NCBI RefSeq assembly: GCF_008831285.2
Contig: NC_045138.2
Coordinates: 43,276,001 to 43,340,000, forward strand
Direction: 5' to 3'
Length of the DNA: 64,000 nt
DNA from: Nymphaea colorata
Lineage: Eukaryota
Positions 48,201 through 61,340 of the stretch are shown in pieces. The translations under genes and the position numbers were made by a program. The notes under the pieces are model-generated. The model saw only the letters and a program-made list of their open reading frames with translations. It was not told the origin of the DNA and did not search any database. Position 1 is the stretch's first letter; each line of letters opens with the position of its first letter.

Positions 48201-50135
48201 GCGGTTTTAACAAATGGGCAAGTTTCTTCCTTAGTGCATTCGGTAAGTAAAGAACTACAAGGGGTCATATGAAATGAAGCACCGGAATCAAGAATCCAAG
48301 AGTACTTACTTGATGATGTAGATGCCACCGTTGCTCCGAAGATTGGAGAAGTCCCTCCTCCTTTGAAAAGCGGTTGAAGAGCATCAATAAGCTTTGGTTG
48401 GAGGGCACTTACAAGTTTGTCTAGGTCAAATCGATTGCTTTCTTCATACATTGTCCCAGCCACACTTGTCTTTTTATCAAATCTCCTCAATTTAGGACAT
48501 CTAAGTTTAGTATGTCCTTCTTCTTGACAATGGAAACATATGATCTTCTTGTTGCCATTATTGTTATGCTCATAGTTTCGATTAAAGTGAGGAGGCCTAT
48601 AAGTTCTCATATGAGCACCGGGTCTTGAGGTAGCAAGAACACTCACTTTTATTTTTGAAAAAATTGAGTCTATTCTCCTCCATTTGAAGTTCCGCTATGG
48701 CTTCATTCATAGATGGCACTTTATGCCTATGGAGCAAGGAAGTTTTGACTCCATCATATTCCGATCTAAGACCAAGAATGAATTTATAAAATTTCTCCCT
48801 TTGGATTTGTTTTTCTCTAACTCCAATGTCTCTTGGATCATACCATTCGGGTTCAAATAGAGCAAGTTCGTCCCATAATTGCTCCATTTCTCCAACGTAT
48901 TCTTTAATAGACTTATCCCCTTGTTGGAGACTTGCAATCTTCATTTGAAGATTGCACATGTAGGCCACATCCTTCATAGTGTGGGTTTTCTTGAGGAATT
49001 CCCAAGCTTCATGAGCAAAATTATGTTTTGCTATTTGGCCCATGGTTGTAGTATCAACACAAGCAATAATCCAAGTGATAATCTTGTGGTGTCCTATCTT
49101 CCACTCTTCCCATTTTTTCTCATATTCATTCATAACCTTGTCTTTTTCAACTCCATCTAGTTCTTGGGCTTTACCATCTATGGTCTTGGTGAGGACTAAT
49201 TGAGGTTCACCTTTAGACCCATCAACAAGTCCCCATAGGCCTTTACTTCTAATAAAATGTTCCATAGTTTTTGCCCAAGAAACATAATTTGATGAAGTTA
49301 ATTTAGGAAGAGGAGTAGAAGAAGTTCTTTCATCCATAATGTATACCTTGTAAAGGAGACGTTGAGGTAGTGCTAGGATGAAAAGCAGCCACACAAAATG
49401 AAGCTTTTGACGCATCAAAGACTGCCACAATCTTCACCACCAATGGAGCTTTATCCCGTTATAAATATCACCAAAAGAGGCCAGTAAAATAACAACACCT
49501 TCTTGTGTCAACTCAAAGCAGCAATATATCGAACACTTAGAGTGCTTCACGGCTCCAACGGAAGAGAAATACCAGGGATCTTCAAGCTTGAAAGACAGCA
49601 AGACAAAGAGCCAAAACCTGGCTCTGATACCATGTAAATGAGTCCCAATCTTGAGAATGCAAACACTTCAAGAGATACACTCTTGAAGATCCCAACACCT
49701 TCAATAGGTAAATGCACAACCAAACCTCAAACTTGAGGAGAAGATAAATATATTAATCTCAAGAGAAGAGAACACAAGAGAGGCCTAAAAGCCTTAACAA
49801 AACAAGGGACAACAGTCCCTTATTTATAGTACAATGTAAGGGAGAGAAGAAGGAGGAGTTGGCTGTTGGGCCAGCTCCAACGGCTAGCTAGCCGTTGGAA
49901 GCTGGCCCAACAGCTAGTTCCCCTTTACAAAATAAGAAAAAGTAAAAATAGAAAAAGAAAAGAAATAAAAAAGGTACATAAAAAAGAAAAAGAAACAAAT
50001 AAAATAAAATACATAAACACCTATGCATACATAGATATTCATATGTACAAATCATACATGAAACTAGATGTATGACAGTATATATGAAATATACATATGT
50101 ATACTTACATAATGTCTAATCTTTAAATTCTAACA
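45295..50135 (-). mobile_element. Ty1/copia family D, 3'-truncated in RNase H (no 3' LTR)
   Basis: PBS at 49621-49632 next to the 5' LTR, which starts at 49633; its outer end is most likely 50135, alternatively 49929. Gag (CFHCQEEGHTKLRC), WILDSGAS, IN, RT (YVDD) and RH lie in frameshifted ORFs over 45167-49430. Confidence 0.92.
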
Positions 50136-52420
50136 CGACCTTCAGTCAGGATACAATTGCCATAATGGCCTGAAACAATACAGATCCGTACACACTGCAG
50201 CGATAGAGCAATCCGTTAAGAAAGTGTGTATTCCAAAAGGAGTTGTTCGGCCTTCCCTAGGCCACCAACGTTTAGAAGGCAAGAGCTAAATACTACAAGT
50301 ACAAAGACAAAAGGATATCCTAGGGCCTTGCAACACCTATGCTCCTAGCAAGCGAGACCAGTGGCAATGGCAGGAATAGGATGTATCCCAAACGTATTGT
50401 CATAACTCACTAGCCTCAATTCAATTAATCTTTCTTAATTATCAATATAAAGACACATTCCCATTAAGATTGGCTTAGCTAACATACGAGGTTGGTTCAC
50501 TTCAACAGTGTAACCAGACCCCAAACATCCTTCATAAAAAAGTCACACATTCAATCAGTACTCTTGACTAGTCAAATCACACCCTAAGAGCATCTCTGCC
50601 CGTTTAGTCTGTTCAATCATATCACTTCACAGTGGCAATGCAAACAAAAATCCAATAACAATCATAACAATCAAATGATAACAATTACTCCATACAAAAA
50701 CTTAGTTGAACCCTAGAGAGTAGTCTCGATCCGAGGTTGATTCGTAGCTATCCTAAACAGATATCACACTAGGATGTTAACTAATGCACAATTGGGGCCG
50801 ATGAGGTACTCGACTCGATATCCCACCTAAGCTGTCCTCAACAGTATAATTCTAGCATGTCTATACCACTGCATATAATTAAAAAGCAATCAATAAGTCT
50901 CATATATTTTATTCATTTATCAAGATACATGTCATTTCACACATCATTCAAACAAAAACACATTCATGAGATCCAATGATCCTAAAAGCTGAATGCAACA
51001 TACAATCCATGTTTGGCTCCAAGCAGGGATTTGCCTAGAATGTCGTTGTATTTGTCAAGCGCCTCAAAAAAAACACTAAAATCACCTAGAGTGCTGGATC
51101 CTATCGCTCAGGGTCTACTTGATGTACCTAATCCACTTGCAAAACTCAAAAAAATAGTTCTCCATACACACTACACCTTTTAAAAATCTAATTATGTAGG
51201 AATTTAAGCTGTCGATGCAAAGGTTCTCTCATTTGCAAAAAGTGCCAAGCAATTGAATTTGCCTTAGGACCTCCCTTCAAGTTTTTCCACACTTTCGAGC
51301 TTGGGAATGACCGATCTAAACCTGTTAAAGATACAAAAAAGGGGTTTTCTGAAATATTAGGAAGTTAGGGAAGGTCTCTTTAAATGTTTTGTTACTTTTA
51401 GTGGACTTCTCTTGTAATTTTCCCTAACCCTAATCTCTTAATAGAGATTAGGGTCACGTAATGCAAGACAACTTTTTGCTGCCTCTCTCTCTCTCTCGTA
51501 ACATGGTATCAGAGCGGGTGTGGGCGTCGACGGCAGAGTGCACTTTCCGGTGACCTTCTCCGGCGATCACCATCTTCTCCGACGAACAGCCAAGTGAGTT
51601 CGTTCCTTTTTTTTCTCTCGTTCTCTCCCTTGTCACCGCTACTCCTTATTCCCTCTTATCACCCAATAAGGAGACAGTGAGGGAATAGGGGTTGGGCGTG
51701 CCGTGAGAAGGAGGACCTGATCACGCCTATGTGGAAGGCGTGATCAGATCCTCATATTGGTCGTATGAAGAGACTATTGTGGATGCAGCGTGACGTGTGA
51801 TGCTGTGGTTTGTGATGATCGTAAATACAGTTTCGGTAAAGTCAAGCTGCGTGAGGTGTTGTGGATGCTTTGTGGAGTCTATGTGCTGTTTATAAATTCA
51901 GGTTTTTTGAATATGATCAGATTTTTTCTATAGATCGTGGATACAAATTCAGTAAAGAAAGGCTGCGTGAGGACTGTTGCTGATCCTTAGTACAAGTTTT
52001 TGTTTGATTTCGTGGATTTCTTTGACATTTGACACGTGGACAGGAAGTTTTATGAGAACTAGCTGCTGTTATAAGTGGCAGCAGTCTTCAGTCGTTGGGA
52101 GCAACAGTCTTCAGTCGTTGGGAGTTCATTCTTGTTTTTGTCATCGGCTAAATCAGATCTGAAGTGACAGTAATTTCCTAGCCCTCCTTCTTTAAACGTT
52201 TGCGTCAATCTGGTCTTCTTTATTTACTATGGCTGAAAACAGTAAATCTGAAGGGTCTACTGACTACAAGATGGCTGGGAATTCATTCTCTTATGGAACC
52301 ACGATGAAACTTAATGGCTCAAATTATGAAATATGGTCTAGGGTATTCATAATGTCGGTGGCTGGTCATAGGAAGAAATATATTCTTGAGGAGGATGAAC
52401 CTATTGAGAAAAAAGGAATA

Positions 52421-53108
52421 ATTCTTAATTTTAAAAAATATTTAAAAATCAGAAAAAATAGACAAAAATTCTCAAAAATCTGAAAACAATGAACAAAAAA
52501 TCAGAAATCAAGAAAAATAAAAAATGTATTCAAATATAAAAAAGATCATCATACATAAGGAACATTCATGTGTATACTATCAACAACACATTCAAAAATA
52601 AGAAATCAAATATTCAAATTAACATAATAAGCATCTATCACAATTTTAAACTTGAAAATTTTATAAAATTTGAGGACTTAGAGTCTTAAGTCTTGGAGTT
52701 TTAGGACTTAGATTACATCAGAATTTTATAAGTTCAAACATATAGTTATCATATTTCATGATTCAACGATGATATCTCCCAAATCGACGAATCATCGGTT
52801 AATTTTTATGAAAATACGCAAAATTTCTCCCTCCTATGTCTATTGGAGTCTTTAAATACAAGAAGAGAGAGAGGAAGGAGTGTTTAAACTTTTAAAAAAT
52901 AAAGAATTTTATGTTTTCTCCCGTATCGTACGATACGGGGGTGTATCGCCCGTATCGTACGATACAGGCCCCGTATCGTACGATACGGCCGATACGGGTA
53001 CGATACGCATGCGTATCGTGTATTGAACATGTATCGTATAGGTTTCTTCAACCTATACGATACGTATCGTACGATACGCGTGCGTATCGTACGATACGGA
53101 TAACATTG
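52421..53108. mobile_element. One end of a hAT-like DNA transposon inside the gag of A4
   Basis: AT-rich body, clustered palindromic CGTATCGTACGATACG subterminal repeats (52921-53099), and terminus ...GATAACATTG (CAATGTTATC on the minus strand). The other end and the TSD are absent. Confidence 0.7.
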
Positions 53109-53845
53109 GATTTCAGTGCTCTTATTGTGGCAAAATTGGTCATCTAGAGGACCGTTGTTGGGACAAACATCCTCACCTCAGGTCTAATGTTTCCTCTGGA
53201 CGTGGTGGAGGTAGAATCACCACAAGCAGAGGTCCTTCTTCATCCCAGGCAACTCATTCAAAGGCAACAATATCTATGGTTGAGTCTTCTACTGATCCTT
53301 CTATATCTATGTCATATTCTCTTAACCTAAGTAAGGATGAATATGATCGTGTTCTTGCTCAGAAGTCTGGCTCTACATCTGCCTCTACATCTACCAATGC
53401 TGCTGTTGTAGATTCAGCATTCTCTGTTGGTGCTCCTACTGCTGATCCAGGTATGACATGGATGATAGACTCGGGCGCTTCTAGACATTGTTGTAATCAA
53501 CCACACAATTTTTCATCATTTGTCAGATTTTCTACACCACAGTATGTTAAGCTGGCTGATGGCAAGTTGTCCCCTGTTTTGGGTAGCGGTGATATTTATC
53601 TTCCACATTTAGGCACTATTACACATGTGCTATATGTTCCTCAGTTTCCTGTTAATTTGATATCTGTGAAGCAGCTAGCTATCGACTTACAAGGGAAAGA
53701 TCTGAAGTCATGTATTCTTCAAAAATTTATCAAGGAAATAAAAACTCAGTTTGGATTCATTGTCAAAAATATTCGCACTGATAATGCTCTTGAATTCAAG
53801 TCTTCCATTCTACTTCAGTTTTATGCCGACCATGGAATTCGACCT

Positions 53846-56800
53846 TGTAGAAACACACACCAAGATGGAGAGAAAGAAAAGGAACACACAATATACGTGG
53901 AAAACCTCAAAGAGAGGTGAAAAACCACGGAGAAGCTCTAACCTAGGTGCACAACCGCAACCCTAGGAGAGAGAAAATGTTATTCCACTTAATCAACAAA
54001 ACAACACAAAGTGGGATTATAAAGGGAGAACCCGCCTAGGGTACCGAGCCACCCTCGGTTCCCGTGCCCATGGAACCGGGTCCATATCCAGACCCGGTTC
54101 CCTTACACAAGATATTCTAACACTCCCCCTCAAGCTTGGCATACATGTCAAACATGCCAAGCTTGCTCACATTTTTCTCAAACTGAGATGTACATAAGGA
54201 TTTGGTTAAAACATCTGCAATCTGATCTTCAGACTTCATATAAGGCAAGATCAACTCCTTAGAATCAATGCGTTCCCGTATGAAGTGGCGATCAATCTTC
54301 ACGTGTTTGGTTCTGTCATGCAGGACGGGATTATTTGCAAGGTTAATCGCAGATTTGTTGTCGCAGTACATCTTCATCTTCTCTTCCATTTCAATTCCAA
54401 TATCTGTTAGAAGGATCTTCAACCATAGCATTTCTGTAACTCCCATAGCAACTGCCCTGTATTCAGCCTCGGCACTGGATCTAGAACAAACTTCCTGCCT
54501 TTTACTTCTCCAAACAACCAGGTTACCCCCTAGAAAGATACAGTACCCTGTAGTAGACCTCCTCGTATCAGTGCACCCTGCCCAATCTGCGTCAGAGTAA
54601 CCTTCAATATTCAGTTGGTCTTGCTGAGTATACAGTAATCCCTTCCCTAGGTCATTCTTCAAATACCCCAACACTCTTTCTGCACTCTTCCAGTGACAAT
54701 CAGTAGGAGCATGCATAAACTGACTCAATACATTCACAGCATAGGTGATATCAGGGCGAGTGAGGGTAAGATAGATGAGCTTACCAACCAACCTTTGATA
54801 CCGACCTTTGCCTTCCTCATCCAAGATGTTGCCAGTCTTGATGCTTATCTTAGTACCAGACTCCATTGGGGTTAGAAAGGGCCTACATCCAAGTTTACCT
54901 GTCTCCTTTAAAAGATCCAGGGTGTACTTCCTTTGGCTCATAACAAGCCCTGTCTCTGATCGAGCAATCTCTATCCCCAGAAAGTACCTTAGTTTACCCA
55001 AATCTTTCAGATCAAATTCAGCAGCTAACCTCTCCTTCATCTTCTTTTTCTCCTCTTCATCGTCACCTGTGACAATCATATCATCAACATATACAAAAGG
55101 AGACTCACCAAACCATTTCTCTGCTTAATGAATAGGGTGTGATCACCATTTCCCTGTTTGTACCCATTAGTCTTCATCACTATCCTCAGTCTTTCAAACC
55201 AAGCTCTAGGAGACTGCTTTAGTCCATACAAGGCTTTCTTGAGATGACAACATCTTCCGCTTTGGGCATATCCAGGGGGCATGCTCATATAGACCTCTTC
55301 TTCTAGACGGCCGTTCAAGAATGCGTTCTTGACATCAAGCTGGTCCATGCTCCACTTCTTTTGCACAGCAAGTGCTAAGATGACTCTCACGGTTTTCAGT
55401 TTGGCAACAGGGGCAAAAGTTTCAAGATAATCAATACCATATTTCTGACTAAATCCCTTTGCAACAAGGCGAGCCTTATACCTTTCCACAGTACCATCAG
55501 GTTTGTACTTCACACTAAACACCCACTTGGAACCAACTAAATGAGTGTCCTTGGGGATATCAACAACTTCCCACGTGTTGTTCTTTGCCAAGGCATTCAT
55601 CTCCTCTGTCATGGCCTGTAGCCATTTAGGATCCTCTCTGGCATCTTCCACACACCTGGGAATCACAGACTTAGACAAGGATGTAATAAAGCATTTGTAA
55701 TCCTTACTAAGTTTCGCATAAGAGACAAATCTCTGAATAGGGTGAGAAGTACAGGACCTGGTGCCCTTGCGCAGGGCTATAGGAAGCTCTTCATTGATTA
55801 GACTTGGGTCATCCGGGGAGCTCACAGGATTGGGATTGGTTACATCAACATTGTCAATCACATCTGTCTTCTTCCTTCTGTACACCTGGCCGAACAAATG
55901 ATCACGGGCTGTAGGCTGATTATCAACAAGACCCTCGTCCATGTGACGGTCTCTATCATCTCTGACTGTGTCTGCCACACTGTCACTGGCCTTGTAATCC
56001 AAGAAATCCGTAAACTGAATCAACTGATTTGAGGAATACTCTTCACTACTGTGCCCTAGATACTCCCCCTGAAGAGGATTCACATGAAAGTATGCCTCAT
56101 GTTCATGGAAGGTGACGTCCCGGGAAACATAGACTTTAGAGGTGGTAGGATCAACACATTTGTATCCCTTCTGAGTGGAGGAATACCCCAGGAACACAGC
56201 CTTGACAGACCGAGGATCAAGTTTCTTGAGGGTGGGACTATGATCATGAACAAAACAGACACACCCGAACACCCGAGGAGTAAGAGGCCAGGGATTCTGA
56301 GTAGGCCAAAGCATAGAGTACGGGGAATGGCCCTGCAACACACGGGTAGGCATACGGTTAATAAGGTGGGCACTAGTGAGAAGCGCATCACCCCAGTAGC
56401 GCTTGGGAACCTGACGATGGAACAGAAGGGCCCGGGTAACATCAAGCAAATGGCGATTCTTTCGTTCAGCCACGCCATTTTGGGGAGGTGTGTAACTACA
56501 TGACGTTTCATGAACAATACCCTTGCTCTTCAAGAAATCATCTAGGGATTGAGAGACATACTCTCTAGCATTATCGGTGCGAAAAGCTTGGACAGACGTC
56601 TGAAACTGAGTCTCAACAAAGGCCACAAAGTTTTTGACAATAACGGGAACTTCACTACGTTCTTTCAACAGATACACGAACGTACAACGGGAGTAATCAT
56701 CAATAAGGGTCATAAAGTAATGAAAACCACGACAAGTGGGTACTCCCGAAGGACCCCAAACATCAGAATGAACCAAAGCAAATGGACGAGTGGTTTTATT

Positions 56801-59013
56801 GAATGAAATAGGGTACGAGGCCCTAACATGTTTAGCCAACTGACACACTTCACAGGTGAAGGAGTCCATGGAAACAGAATGAAACAAACGGGGAAACAAC
56901 TTCTTAATCAATGGAAACGGAAGATGACCAAGCCTCTCGTGCCATCGCATAATAGTAGATCTGTCTTCTACGCCTGACAACTGTCCACTAGTGGCTGAAA
57001 TAAGAGCGGACGCAACCTGCACAGGCAGTCTGTAGAGTCCATCAATAGCCGAACCAATCCCAATCTTCTGCCCCGTCACCAAGTCCTGCAGAAAACACCG
57101 ATCAGCAGAGAAGATCAGATTACAGTTCAGTTCTTCAGTAATACTGCTGTCAGATAGCAAATTCACAGGAATATTGGGAACATGAAGAGCATTATGAAGA
57201 CAGTATTTATTTAACAAGGACAAACTCCCTTTTCCAGCCACAGAGATAGAAAAACCATCAGCCATAGATACACGTTGCTGCCCCGAAGACAATTTGTATT
57301 CTTGGAACATCTTAGGGTCCCCTGTCATATGATGCGTAGCACCACTGTCAACAATCCAATCACCAAGTGAGGAATTACCTTGGTCACTAGTAGCCACGAG
57401 AGCTTGGGCTAACTTAGCCCCCTCAGACGTGGAAGTATCCTCCTGAGTAGTAGACAGCCGGCTGATATACGCTTGCAGTTCTTTGATTTGATCGGAGGAA
57501 AGCTTAGATTTGGCAACATTTGACGGACTACTCTGACTAGGCTCAGGCACAGAAGGACTCCGGCGGCTAGAAGGAGGACGACCCCGGACAAGCCGCCTCT
57601 CAGGATGAAGATCCCAACAAAAAACAACAGAATGTCCTGATTTGTTGCAATGGCTACACCGCCGAACAGGACGCTGTCCAATCCCAGAAACACGACTAAC
57701 AAAGGCTGAAGGAGAACTCCCCTGACTGGTGTCAATATGCATCACCTGTCGACGTTGTTCTTCAGATTCCACACGGGCATACACCTCTTCAATTCCGGGG
57801 ACCTCGTCACAATTAAGAATTTGGCTCCTAATGGATTCAAATTCATCGCGTAAGCCTCCGAGGAAAATAAACGTCCGATCCATCCATTCTTTGTCCCAGT
57901 ACAAGGCATGATCAGACCCACAGTGCCAGTCATCATTCACATGGTAGTCAAGTTCCTCCCACTTAGTCTTTAGGGCTGCAAAGAAGGCGGCTACAGACAA
58001 GTCACCCTGTTTAAGAGAGTATATGCTACGTTTGATTTGGTACGTACGCAATACTCTCTTCTTACGGCCATACATCCGTGCAAGCACAGTCCACATGTCG
58101 TAGGCAGTCGATTTACGCAAGATCAAAGGCTGAATATCTGCAGAAACAGAACTAATAATCCATACTTTAACCTGACTATCTTCCAACGTCCAAGTAGCCC
58201 ATCGCGGATCGGTTTTTGAAGGTGCAGGCTTCTCCCCAGTAATGTAGGGCAGGCGACCACGACTGGTTATCCCAATTTCTAGGGCAGCCGACCAAGAGAG
58301 ATAGTTATCCTTGTTCAGCCGGATGGAGGTGACTTGAACAGGCAAGATCTCGCTCTTGGTATTGCTGCCCGAGTCTAGGGCATCATCGATCTTGAGGGAC
58401 ATCTCCTCGGCCATCACAATCACCAAGAAGAAAGAATACCCAGCACCAGAGACGACAAACAAGAGGCAGCGGCGCTGTACGGCGGCGGTGTGGAAGAGAG
58501 CGACGGCGGTGGGCAGCGGTGGCGCGGGACGGCGGCGGCGCTGAAATGGGCGACGGCGGCGCTGAAATGGGCGACGGCGGCGCTGGACAGCGGCAACGCA
58601 GCAGAGAACAACCACGCTGGACGATGGCGGCGCAGCTGGCAGCGCTGGACGGCGGCGGCGCAGCAGCGGCAGAAAAAAAAACGGCGGAAACAGCACTATC
58701 ACACCAACGATCTCTCACGCGTTGGCTATGATACCATGTAGAAACACACACCAAGATGGAGAGAAAGAAAAGGAACACACAATATACGTGGAAAACCTCA
58801 AAGAGAGGTGAAAAACCACGGAGAAGCTCTAACCTAGGTGCACAACCGCAACCCTAGGAGAGAGAAAATGTTATTCCACTTAATCAACAAAACAACACAA
58901 AGTGGGATTATAAAGGGGGAACCCGCCTAGGGTACCGAGCCACCCTCGGTTCCCGTGCCCATGGAACCGGGTCCATATCCAGACCCGGTTCCCTTACACA
59001 AGATATTCTAACA
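53846..59013 (-). mobile_element. Ty1/copia family B copy B3, full length with one frameshift, nested in the integrase of A4
   Basis: 277-bp LTRs at 58737-59013 and 53846-54122 with one mismatch by eye. TSD GACCT, variant PBS TGGTATCATAGC, PPT. Confidence 0.98.
54117..58414 (-). pseudogene. Copia Gag-Pol of B3 with a 1-bp deletion near 55095, just before YVDD
   Basis: ORFs 55076-58702 and 54117-55079 align with B1 apart from the frameshift. The likely ATG is at 58414. Confidence 0.92.
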
Positions 59014-59117
59014 GACCTCAATATACTTGTCCACATACGTCCCAACAGAATGGTGTAGCCGAACGCAAACATCGGCAACTCCTAAACGTAGCTCGTACCC
59101 TCACGTTACATTCTCAC

Positions 59118-61340
59118 ATGCCTGCCTATTTTTGGGGTGATGCTATCCTTACTGCGTGTTACCTCATTAATAGATTACCCTCTTCCTCCATTCAAGACCG
59201 TATTCCAATTCAAATTCTATATCCAGGGCGTTCATTATTTCATTTACCTCCCAAAGTTTTTGGATGCACTTGCTTCGCACATATCCTAGGCCCAAACAAA
59301 AGCAAACTGGCTGCCCAAGCTATCAAATGTATCTTTATTGGCTATTCAGCTAATCAAAAGGGATACAAATGCTTTGATCCCGTGACCAAGAAAGACATTA
59401 TCAGTGCGGATGTTACCTTCTTTGAGTCTCGTCCTTATTTCCCTCCGTCAAGTCCCTCTTCATCTGAGATGCATGCACCTATACCTCTTCCTATTCCTCC
59501 AGTGTCACTTGAGTCATTTCCATCATCTCAACCTAGGTCACATGAACGTTTTCTTGAGCCTCCGTTGGTTTACACTCGTCGTCTAGGTCCCTCTCTCAAC
59601 CGTCCACCAGCATCGTCTCAAGAGGTAAGCTCTACTGATAAGACTGACTCAGGTTTAAGTGATGACTATTCTGCAGCAGATCTCCCTATTGCTATTCGCA
59701 AGGGCAAGCGACAGTGTACCTTACATCCTATATCTAATTCTGTCTCTACTGCTCATCTGAGTACACACTTAGTACAGTTTGATCAAGCTTTATCTAGTCA
59801 TGTTATCCCGTCCTCGCACCATCACGCCCTGTTAGATCCACGTTGGCGACAAGCTATGCAGGAGGAAATGGATGCTCTTCTTTCTCGGGAGACTTGGGAT
59901 TTGGTAGACCCCCCAACACGCTGTGATGTGGTTGGCTCACGATGGGTATTCACCATCAAGTATCATTCTGATGGGTCAGTTGAAAGGTTCAAGGCCCGTC
60001 TTGTCGCAAAAGGTTATACTCAGACTTATGGTGTTGACTTCTTTGAGACCTTTTCGCTTGTGGCCCGGTTGGGCACTATTCGCTTGATTATCTCTCTTGC
60101 TGTCCAACGAGAGTGGCCTCTTTTTCAATTGGATGTCAAAAATGCCTTTCTGTATGGAGACCTTTCTGAAATTGTTTATATGCAGCAACCACCTGGTTTT
60201 GAGCGACAAGGGGAGTGTTCCAAGGTATGCAAGTTAAAGAAGGCTATTTATGGACTCAAACAGAGTCCCCGTGCATGGTTCCAAAAGCTTACTGAAGTGT
60301 TATCTAAGTGTGGATTTAGCCGATCCCAACTTGATCACTCATTGTTTATCAAGCGAGGCTCAGCAGGACTTGTGATATTGATTGTCTACGTGGATGATAT
60401 TGTTCTTACAGGGGAAAATGATCAAGAGATAGCTCAAACAAAGGAGTTTTTACAGCAACACTTTGTTACGAAAGACCTTGGACAACTTCGTTATTTTCTT
60501 GGTATTGAGGTGGCTCGTAGTAATAAAGGAGTTGTAGTGTCTCAAAGGAAATATGCTCTTGATCTTCTACAGGAAACATGACTATTGGGGGCTAAACCTG
60601 CCACACTTCCCATGAATCCTCGCATTCATATACATGATGATGACTCAGAGCCGTTTGACTCTAGATCTTACAGATCTCTGATAGGGAAACTGTTATATTT
60701 GACAGTCACTCGTCCCGACATTAGCTTTGCTGTGAATAAGTTGAGCCAATTCATGGAAAAACCCCGAAAAGTTCACTGGGATGCAGCTCTAATGATTGTA
60801 AGATACTTGAAATCAGCCCCGGGAAAGGGGCTATGGTTCAAGAAAGGAGAATGTGTTGACATCGAGGCGTATAGTGATGCTGATTATGCTGGATCTGTAG
60901 ATGATAGGAAGTCTACTACCGGGTTTTGTGTCTTTGTGGGCGGTAATCTTATTTCTTGGAGGAGCAAGAAGCAGAATGTTGTGGCTCGTTCTAGTGCTGA
61001 GTCAGAATATAGGGCTATGGCTCAAACTGTGGCTGAAATGTCGTGGGTTAGATCACTACTTGTAGAGTTGGATGTCTCAGTGAATCTCCCAATGAAGATG
61101 TATTGTGACAACAAGGCAGCTACATATATCGCTAACAATCCTGTCTTCCATGAGCGGACTAAACACATTGAAGTGGATTGCCACTATATTCGGGACTTAG
61201 TTCAAGGAGGAATTGTTAGCACTATTCATGTCTCCTCAGAAGATCAGGCAGCAGATATTCTCACTAAAGCTCTTCCCATAGGCGATTTCCTGAGATGTTG
61301 TAACAAGCTGAGCATGATTGACATATATGCTCCAGCTTGA
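59118..61340 (+). pseudogene. Integrase C-terminus, RT and RNase H of A4
   Basis: ORFs 59118-60581 and 60585-61340 are in the same frame, separated by GGA>TGA. Confidence 0.9.

Noticed and set aside
52921..53099. Array of palindromic CGTATCGTACGATACG repeats
   Set aside because: Irregular spacing next to a TIR-like end; fits DNA-transposon subterminal repeats, not a CRISPR array or an RNA gene.
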